Part shown: positions 24,666 to 30,629 of the stretch, piece by piece
Numbering within the stretch: position 1 is the first letter of the stretch
Layout of the letters: every line of letters begins with the position of its first letter
Assembly (NCBI GenBank): GCA_051011515.1
Contig: JBPCTU010000127.1
Coordinates: 1 to 30,629, forward strand
Source: Acidimicrobiales bacterium
GTDB taxonomy: Bacteria > Actinomycetota > Acidimicrobiia > Acidimicrobiales > UBA8592
DNA: 30,629 nt
Direction of reading: 5' to 3'
Program-made: the position numbers and the translations under genes
Notes under the pieces: model-generated
The model's input: the letters and a program-made list of their open reading frames with translations, nothing else
Database searches by the model: none
What the model was told of the DNA's origin: nothing

Positions 24666-27377
24666 CTAACCGCCGTGGGCAATCGCATCGAGGACGTTGA
24701 GTTTGGCCGCGCGGCGAGCTGGGAAGTAGGCGGCCAACAATCCGGCAATCAACGCCGTCACCAGGTTCAATACGAGCGTGCCCCAGGGAATCGCCAGCTT
24801 CGAGACGAAGTCGTCGGGGATGATCTGAACACAGGCCACACCGAAGATCAGGCCCAGCCCGATCCCTAAGGTTCCACCGAACAGGGCAACGATGATGCCC
24901 TCGACCCTCACCGTTCGTTTCATCTGTTTTCGTGTCGCACCGACGGCGCGGGTCAGGCCGATTTCTCGGGTCCGCTCGAATACCGACAGCGCCAACGTTA
25001 TGGCGATTCCCAGGATGGCGAGAACAACCGATATCTGGAGCAGAACGATGACGATCGTCAACACCTGATTGATCGACTCCTCCTGGTCGTCGCGGAACTC
25101 GTCTTTGGTCTGCGCGTCGAGTTGGGGGAACTCGTCGGTGACGGTGGCGATTGCGGCTCGAGCATCCGCTTCGCTCACATCGTCGGCAGTGATCATCGTG
25201 ACGTAAAGGTCTTCTTGGGCCGGCAGCTCTTCGTTCTGTTCCCAGAATTGGGAGTCGAGCACCCAACCCGAATCGAAAATGGCCAGGTCGGAGTAGATGG
25301 CTGCCACCGTGAACTCTCGTTCGACCTGATCGACGAACTCGAGCGCGACAGTGGAACCAACGTTCAACTCGAGGTCATCTGCTCGGTCTTCGTGAACGAT
25401 GACACCGGTCTCGGTCATCAGTGACTCGTCTTTGTCGATGTAGTCGGGGGCGAAGTGGAGCTCGATGTCGACGAGGTTCGTCGAGTAGGACGTCCGAACG
25501 TCGTCGTCAACCACTGTGCGGAAGGCATCCTCGTTCCAGGTGACCGGGAGCACAGCTTCCAGTTCCTCGAGTTGCGCGAGATCTTCCCCGAGTTTCGGGC
25601 TGAACCCCGTCCCCGGTCCCTGGTTGTCGCCGATGACGATCCAGTCGGCGGTGACTGCTTCGTCGAGAACGTCGGCGAAGGTGGCTTTGAGCGAGGACAC
25701 TACAACTGCCACGGCGGTAACCAGCGCGAGTCCGATCATCAGCGCGGAGGCTGCCGTCGCGGTCCGTTCCGGGCTCCTTCCGGCGTTCTCTCGGGCCATG
25801 CGGCTCGGAACCCCGAGACGGGCGAAGGGGGCACCGATCGCTCGGGCCACCGGAGTCGCGAAGGACGGGCTGAGCAGGTTCATGCCCAGGAAAGCGATCA
25901 GGGCCGCTGCGCCGAGCAGGGCCAACAGGATCGACGCCCGAAAGTCGGCCACCAACGCGATGACGAGCAACACTGCGGCGAGCCCGACCATCGAAGCGCG
26001 CCCGATGCGTCGGTCGATCCGTGAAAGGCCCAGGTACAACAGGACACCGGCCACAACCGAGAGCAGCAGAAGAAAGAGCCACTGATCGATGAGGAACCCG
26101 AGGACGACCGCGAGAGCCGCGAAGAGGGTGAGTACCCCGCCGATGAGGGGTTGACGTTCGGTGCTCTGGTCGAAGGACACATCTGCCCGAAGCGCCGCCA
26201 TTGGTGACACCGACCTAGCCCTCAGTGCCGGCCAAATCGCAGCGACGAGTGTCAGGCCGACACCGAGCAGGATCGCAACTATGACTGTTGTCAATCGAAG
26301 CGGCGTAGAGCCGTCTTCGGGACCGAACTCGGCGGCGGCCAGCAGGGCTTGGATCGCGCCCGCAAGCGGGACGCCGATAGCCACGCCGACAACCGTTGCG
26401 AACACCCCGACGCCGAGGGCCTCCACGGCGATCGACCGCGTGATCTGGCGGCCAGTGGCTCCGAGGGCCCGAAGTAGACCGATCTCCTGGATGCGCTGGC
26501 CGACGATGATCGAGAACACGTTGTAGATGATGAATGCCGCGACCAACAAGATGATGAAGGCGAAGACCAACAGGATCGTGCGGAAGATGTCGATGAACTC
26601 GTTGAACGTGTCGGCTTGTTCGTCGACGAGCACCTCACGAGGGATGACTTCGAGGCCGTCGGGAACCACCTCTGATGCCGCCGCGATGACGGCGGCTTCG
26701 TCAGCGCCTGCTTCGAGCGTGATCGTGACGTCGTCGTAGCCCCGGCCGCTGTTCAGCAGGTCAACTGCGGTCGCAGTCTCGAAAGCGACGAGTTTGGCCC
26801 CGACCAGCGCATTCTCTTCGGGATCGGCGAATGTGAACGTTCCTACCAGTTGCAGGTTCACCAACCCCTCTGGGGTTTGCACGTCGTATCGCTCGCCTAC
26901 CTGGAATTCATCGTCCTCGGCCGCGTCGATGTCGATCATGAACTCATCGCTGGATGTTGCGGGACGCCCCTCGGCACTGAACAGGCGAACGTCGGTGCCC
27001 TGATCCTCCCAGTTGACGCCGATGTTGGGTCCCTGCGATGTCGCGGCGTCGCCGTCAGCGGTGTTGGGAACAATGCCGAACTCGATGACTCGGGGCTGCA
27101 CCGCGGCTACACCGTCGAGGTCCTCCAGCAGCGGGGGGACTTCGAGGCCAACAGGGGCAGCGTTCAGTCGATCGCCGAACGGAACCTCGCTACGCACCGC
27201 GATGTCGTAGCCAGACTCGATATCGCCGCTGAGATCGCCGAATGTCTCGCGAAGACTGTCGGTCAGTACGAATACCGCCGTGGTCAATGCGACGCCGATC
27301 AATACGGCCAACGACGTCAGAATGAACCTGCCCGGGCGGGACGTGATGTTCTTGAGAGCGAGTTTGACGAGGGTCAT
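24666..27377 (-). CDS. MacB/FtsX-type ABC transporter permease with two permease modules
   Basis: 'ALKNITSRPGRFILTSLAVLIGV'; 'QRIQEIGLLRALGAT'; second module 'ERTATAASALMIG' and 'ERTREIGLTRAVGAT'. Start moved to ATG 27377, 7 nt after the ATPase stop. Confidence 0.92.
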   Translation of the reverse strand: MTLVKLALKNITSRPGRFILTSLAVLIGVALTTAVFVLTDSLRETFGDLSGDIESGYDIAVRSEVPFGDRLNAAPVGLEVPPLLEDLDGVAAVQPRVIEFGIVPNTADGDAATSQGPNIGVNWEDQGTDVRLFSAEGRPATSSDEFMIDIDAAEDDEFQVGERYDVQTPEGLVNLQLVGTFTFADPEENALVGAKLVAFETATAVDLLNSGRGYDDVTITLEAGADEAAVIAAASEVVPDGLEVIPREVLVDEQADTFNEFIDIFRTILLVFAFIILLVAAFIIYNVFSIIVGQRIQEIGLLRALGATGRQITRSIAVEALGVGVFATVVGVAIGVPLAGAIQALLAAAEFGPEDGSTPLRLTTVIVAILLGVGLTLVAAIWPALRARSVSPMAALRADVSFDQSTERQPLIGGVLTLFAALAVVLGFLIDQWLFLLLLSVVAGVLLYLGLSRIDRRIGRASMVGLAAVLLVIALVADFRASILLALLGAAALIAFLGMNLLSPSFATPVARAIGAPFARLGVPSRMARENAGRSPERTATAASALMIGLALVTAVAVVVSSLKATFADVLDEAVTADWIVIGDNQGPGTGFSPKLGEDLAQLEELEAVLPVTWNEDAFRTVVDDDVRTSYSTNLVDIELHFAPDYIDKDESLMTETGVIVHEDRADDLELNVGSTVALEFVDQVEREFTVAAIYSDLAIFDSGWVLDSQFWEQNEELPAQEDLYVTMITADDVSEADARAAIATVTDEFPQLDAQTKDEFRDDQEESINQVLTIVIVLLQISVVLAILGIAITLALSVFERTREIGLTRAVGATRKQMKRTVRVEGIIVALFGGTLGIGLGLIFGVACVQIIPDDFVSKLAIPWGTLVLNLVTALIAGLLAAYFPARRAAKLNVLDAIAHGG

Positions 27378-27384
27378 GTCTTGC

Positions 27385-28140
27385 TCAATCGCCAAGCGTC
27401 TTCAGATAGTCGAACACCGAGTCCGCACTCGGGTCGGCCATCTCGCCCGTTACCTTGCCGTCGGCCAGGAAGACCACGCGGTCCGCGTAACCGGCAGCCA
27501 CTGGGTCGTGGGTCACCATCACGATGGTCTGGCCGAGTTCGGTTACTGCCTCGCGCATGAACTCTAGGATTTCGGCGCCGGTCCGGGAATCGAGGTTGCC
27601 CGTCGGTTCGTCGGCGAAGATGATCTCGGGTCGGCTGGCGAGCGCTCGGGCAACGGCAACACGTTGTTGTTGCCCGCCGGACAGTTCGTTGGGCCGGTGC
27701 TTCAACCGATCGTCCAATCCGACGGTGGCGACCACATGATCCAACCAATCTTGGTCAGCCGTGCGCCCTGCCAATGCCATCGGCAACGTGATGTTCTCGA
27801 TGGCCGACAGCGTGGGGATGAGGTTGAATGCCTGGAAGATGAAACCCACCCGTTCGCGGCGGAGGAGTGTGAGCTCACGTTCGGACAACTTCGTGAGGTC
27901 GACATCGCCGATCCACACGTTGCCGGACGTAAGCCCGTCGAGGCCGGCCATGCAGTGCATCAACGTCGACTTGCCCGAACCCGAAGGGCCCATGATTGCT
28001 GAGAACTGAGCCGTGACGAAGTTCACGTCGACACCGTCGAGCGCTCGGACCTCGGTGTCTCCGGACCCGTAGATCTTGCTGGCGCCCTCTGCCCGTGCTG
28101 CAAGAGCCGTCACAGGGGGAGCCGGGGGTGTGCTCGTCAT
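27385..28140 (-). CDS. ABC transporter ATP-binding protein (LolD/MacB-type)
   Basis: GPSGSGKST, Q-loop GFIFQAFNL, LSGGQQQRVAVARAL, IIFADEPTGNLD, VTHD; GAGAGG upstream. Confidence 0.96.
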   Translation of the reverse strand: MTSTPPAPPVTALAARAEGASKIYGSGDTEVRALDGVDVNFVTAQFSAIMGPSGSGKSTLMHCMAGLDGLTSGNVWIGDVDLTKLSERELTLLRRERVGFIFQAFNLIPTLSAIENITLPMALAGRTADQDWLDHVVATVGLDDRLKHRPNELSGGQQQRVAVARALASRPEIIFADEPTGNLDSRTGAEILEFMREAVTELGQTIVMVTHDPVAAGYADRVVFLADGKVTGEMADPSADSVFDYLKTLGD

Positions 28141-28359
28141 CAGAACCTCTCAGTGCCGTCAAGGCAGTGCTCGTCGCGAGCCAGGCTCGCCGAAGTATCC
28201 GCCGTTCATGAATTAGGAGACAATCTAGGGAGATCCACACCCTCTGGCGTCCGCTGGCGGTTGATTTCCCGTCATTTCGGAGACTGATCTTTGGCCACGT
28301 CGGACTGGTCCCCGGGGATGACAACGCCGTTCTCGTACCCAAAAACCACAGCCTGACCG

Positions 28360-28394
28360 ACGAGGCGTCGCCTCAGGTCTAGGCGACGCCTCGT
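28360..28394. terminator. Perfect 14-bp hairpin overlapping the stop codon of the 28379..28876 gene
   Basis: ACGAGGCGTCGCCT-CAGGTCT-AGGCGACGCCTCGT; the minus-strand TAG is at 28379-28381. Confidence 0.55.
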
Positions 28395-28876
28395 GTGCGG
28401 ACCTCCTGGATCCGCTCGGCATCAACCGGGAACTGCCAGAGCCGGTCGAGCCAGGCGTCTCGGTATCTGCGGTACAGGTCCTGGTTCTCCTCGATGGCTG
28501 CGGTATCGCCGCGTTGGCGTGCCGCCGCCATTGCATGAGCAGAGGCCCGCAGCGTGGCAAGCTCGCCACGCATATCAGGTGCCGGGTGGTCGTCGATCGC
28601 CTGGTCGAGCTGGGCCAGGGCTTCTTGATCCGCCTGATTGTCGGGATCGAAGCCGTCGGGGCGGTCGCAGACGTCCAGGAACCCCAGAACGGTCGCTTCG
28701 TGGTTGCGGTGCCATTCGCCGAGCTGATCGATCGTTGCTTCGTCGGCGGGCGACGCCGACTCCGGAAGCCTTATGTCGGCTTTGCTGGGCTTGGGCCTCG
28801 TCAACAAGTGAACGATCACGATGATCGCCAAGCAGCCCACACCGATCAGAATCGGGTAGAGGATGTCAGTCGACAT
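28379..28876 (-). CDS. Hypothetical single-pass membrane protein
   Basis: ATG 28876 (MSTDILYPILIGVGCLAIIVIVHLLTRPKP): N-terminal TM, then an acidic helical domain; GGAGG upstream. Confidence 0.7.
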   Translation of the reverse strand: MSTDILYPILIGVGCLAIIVIVHLLTRPKPSKADIRLPESASPADEATIDQLGEWHRNHEATVLGFLDVCDRPDGFDPDNQADQEALAQLDQAIDDHPAPDMRGELATLRASAHAMAAARQRGDTAAIEENQDLYRRYRDAWLDRLWQFPVDAERIQEVRTRGVA

Positions 28877-28901
28877 GGATCCGCCGGGCCCTCCAAGTGG
28901 C

Positions 28902-28939
28902 GCAGCCAGTGGTCGAAACCCCCCACGACCACTGGCTGC
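28902..28939. terminator. Perfect 14-bp hairpin 25 nt upstream of the membrane-protein start
   Basis: GCAGCCAGTGGTCG-(10-nt loop)-CGACCACTGGCTGC. Confidence 0.5.
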
Positions 28940-29081
28940 ACAGATTGCCACCCGTGAACTCCAAAGCGGCCGATTGCCCCCCGGTCAAATTGGCCACACC
29001 TGGAGTTGATGTGTCGGGTGACACAGTACACATCCGTGCTGCGCGCGCCAAGGGGAAGCTCCAAAAGTGGCGCGAGCCGAC

Positions 29082-29255
29082 TCAGCTGACGATCTTGACC
29101 GGAGCTGGAACGGCCTCGATACAGTCGTGCAACCCGCAGTTCCAGCAGGGGTCCCTCAGTGTTCCGCGAAACGTCACGTCGCAGTGGGGGCACGCCACGG
29201 TGACGCGTGCGGGACGAAGCCGGCGGATCTTTCCGCGACGGCGGGTGCGGGTCAT
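29082..29255 (-). CDS. Small Arg-rich zinc-ribbon protein (57 aa), absent from the ORF track
   Basis: Manual translation: MTRTRRRGKIRRLRPARVTVACPHCDVTFRGTLRDPCWNCGLHDCIEAVPAPVKIVS*. CxxC-x11-CxxC spacing; 45 of 57 codons end in G/C by hand count; AGGA upstream. Confidence 0.65.
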   Translation of the reverse strand: MTRTRRRGKIRRLRPARVTVACPHCDVTFRGTLRDPCWNCGLHDCIEAVPAPVKIVS

Positions 29256-29380
29256 GGGATCTGATCCTAAGTGTGGGCGTGGAGCGAACTGGTGGATGCT
29301 TCGCCGAAGGTGAAGTGTGTCGTTGGAGATCTCCGGTCCGTTAGCCTGGCCGTCCTACAACCCCCAAAGAGGAACCCAAG

Positions 29381-29932
29381 ATGCCCGACTGCCCAGCCTC
29401 AGACGGATCAAGCCCCCGGGTCACCAGCTTCGACGCTGCGCCACCGATGTGCATCGATTCGTCCAAGTCCTACACGGCGACCATGGACACTTCGCTCGGC
29501 GAGATGGTCATATTCCTCGACGCCGCCAGCGCACCCAAGACCGTGAACAACTTCGTGTTCCTGGCCCGGTATCACTACTACGACGGGCTGGTTTTCCACC
29601 GCATCATCAACGGTTTCATGTGCCAAGGAGGCTGTCCTGAAGGCAGCGGGCGTGGTGGACCGGGTTACCGCTTCGAAGATGAGCTTCCTTCCGCCGGTCG
29701 TTACGAGATCGGCTCACTGGCTATGGCCAATGCCGGTCCGAACACCAACGGGAGTCAGTTCTTCATCATCACCGGAGCGTCTGGTGTCGGTCTACCGCCG
29801 CAGTACTCCCTGTTCGGAAAGGTGATCAAGGGTGTCGAGGTGGCCGAGGCCATGCAAGGTGTCTCCACCGCTCCGGGTGACCGCCCGCTCGAAGACGTCG
29901 TCATCAACTCGGTGACGATCTCCGAGAGTTAA
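29381..29932 (+). CDS. Cyclophilin-type peptidyl-prolyl cis-trans isomerase
   Basis: APKTVNNFVFLA, FHRII.GFM.QGG, GGPGYRFEDE, LAMANAGPNTNGSQFFI, LFGKV; AGAGGA RBS. Confidence 0.96.
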   Translation: MPDCPASDGSSPRVTSFDAAPPMCIDSSKSYTATMDTSLGEMVIFLDAASAPKTVNNFVFLARYHYYDGLVFHRIINGFMCQGGCPEGSGRGGPGYRFEDELPSAGRYEIGSLAMANAGPNTNGSQFFIITGASGVGLPPQYSLFGKVIKGVEVAEAMQGVSTAPGDRPLEDVVINSVTISES

Positions 29933-30351
29933 CCTTCTCCTGCGCCGGTCTCGGCCTCAGATTCTGCCCCGGCCTGGGCCGCCTCCCACTCCTCGACCTC
30001 TTCGTCGGTGGGAATGATGATCTCCTGGCCGACCTGGATGACGTCCGCGTCGTCCATGTCGTTGACCTCGATGAGTGCACCCAATGGCACGCCGAACGTG
30101 TTGGCGATTGCCCCCATGGTGTCGCCAGGCTCCACCGTGTAGGTGAGGCGTTCGGGCTCGATGACCGCCGGGATCGCCGTTGGTGTCGGCGCGGTCGTGG
30201 TGTCGAGCGGTGTGGCGGTGGCCACCGCACTGTCGTCGGTTTCTTCGGGACGTTCCTCGGTGGTGCTGTCGTCGTCGTCGCCACCACAGCCGGCGAGGAC
30301 CAAAATCGCGACGACTGCGCCGGCGAGCGCGCTCCTTGTTCGCATGGCCAT
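29929..30351 (-). CDS. LysM-domain lipoprotein
   Basis: Lipobox LAG|C after a basic and hydrophobic leader; acidic Thr/Pro-rich linker; LysM 'YTVEPGDTMGAIANTFGVPLGALIEVN...VIQVGQEIIIP'. Start at ATG 30351 or 30345. Confidence 0.9.
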   Translation of the reverse strand: MAMRTRSALAGAVVAILVLAGCGGDDDDSTTEERPEETDDSAVATATPLDTTTAPTPTAIPAVIEPERLTYTVEPGDTMGAIANTFGVPLGALIEVNDMDDADVIQVGQEIIIPTDEEVEEWEAAQAGAESEAETGAGEG

Positions 30352-30439
30352 CCCCCGGGAGATCGGACTTGTGGGTGAGCGAAATATTATCTCAGGGGTT
30401 GATGTAGCAATAAAACGCCTGGTCAAGCTAGGTATTATT

Positions 30440-30628
30440 TCAGCCGGCGGTGAAGCCCTGTTGAGCAGTTGTTATGGCGCCGGCTGAGGTCATCGCGTCT
30501 CGTAACACTGTCGGATCGTCACTGCCTGGGCTCCAAGCACGGGTGGCTTCGAGGAAATCGAACAGTGCCGACAAGGTGGTGGCCAACCCGTCGGGGATGG
30601 GCACGGCCCGCACCGCGCACCACCCCGA
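30440..30628 (-). CDS. C-terminal fragment of a hypothetical protein (5'-truncated by the window edge)
   Basis: Open frame from the window end: SGWCAVRAVPIPDGLATTLSALFDFLEATRAWSPGSDDPTVLRDAMTSAGAITTAQQGFTAG*; stop TGA at 30442-30440. Confidence 0.5.
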   Translation of the reverse strand, partial: SGWCAVRAVPIPDGLATTLSALFDFLEATRAWSPGSDDPTVLRDAMTSAGAITTAQQGFTAG

Positions 30629-30629
30629 C

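Noticed and set aside
1102-28002. Many long Arg/Pro/Ser-rich alternative-frame ORFs (e.g. 1531..2526, 1940..2863, 3776..4753, 9319..10149, 12612..13805, 18984..19958, 22788..23828)
   Set aside because: They overlap well-supported genes on the opposite strand or in another frame, and have the composition typical of shadow ORFs in high-GC DNA.
24666-28140. ABC transporter as a LolCDE lipoprotein-export system linked to lnt
   Set aside because: A LolD-like ATPase is shared by all MacB/FtsX-type systems; lnt is 18 kb away, and nothing in the sequence indicates the substrate.
16556-28939. The long hairpins as a REP/MITE family or CRISPR-like repeats
   Set aside because: The five stems share no sequence with each other, have no regular spacing and no evident target-site duplications; no cas genes are present.
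28897-29313. 138-aa + strand ORF from the track
   Set aside because: No recognisable motif; it is antisense to the zinc-ribbon ORF and spans a strong hairpin, so it is probably a shadow frame.

Overview
GC-rich chromosomal window, most likely from an Actinomycetota genome (Acidimicrobiia-like; an inference from gene content such as the LAXTG sorting signal, actinobacterial HelD and long Lhr, and a secretin-less Tad locus). From left to right it holds: the 3' end of a SAM methyltransferase; a sortase-anchored surface protein; a minus-strand cassette of GT4 glycosyltransferase, methyltransferase and (alpha/alpha)-barrel 'prenyltransferase-like' protein; dtd; lnt (catalytic Cys replaced by Ser); hemE-hemY; helD and lhr helicases; a Tad/Flp pilus locus (two Flp pilins, cpaB, cpaE, cpaF, a vWA-TadB fusion, tadC) whose last, translationally coupled gene is a stand-alone DnaB-type ATPase domain; a MacB/FtsX-type ABC transporter; a membrane protein; a cyclophilin; and a LysM lipoprotein. 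Two genes are missed or truncated by the ORF track. One is a 101-aa minus-strand ORF (6553..6248) with an in-frame UGA in a TG-U-G motif, followed by a SECIS-like GGUC-loop hairpin, which makes it a candidate selenoprotein and the best lead in the window. The other is a 57-aa CxxC-x11-CxxC zinc-ribbon ORF (29255..29082). No rRNA, tRNA, CRISPR array or mobile element was recognised. All family calls come from motif reading and recall; no database search was run.
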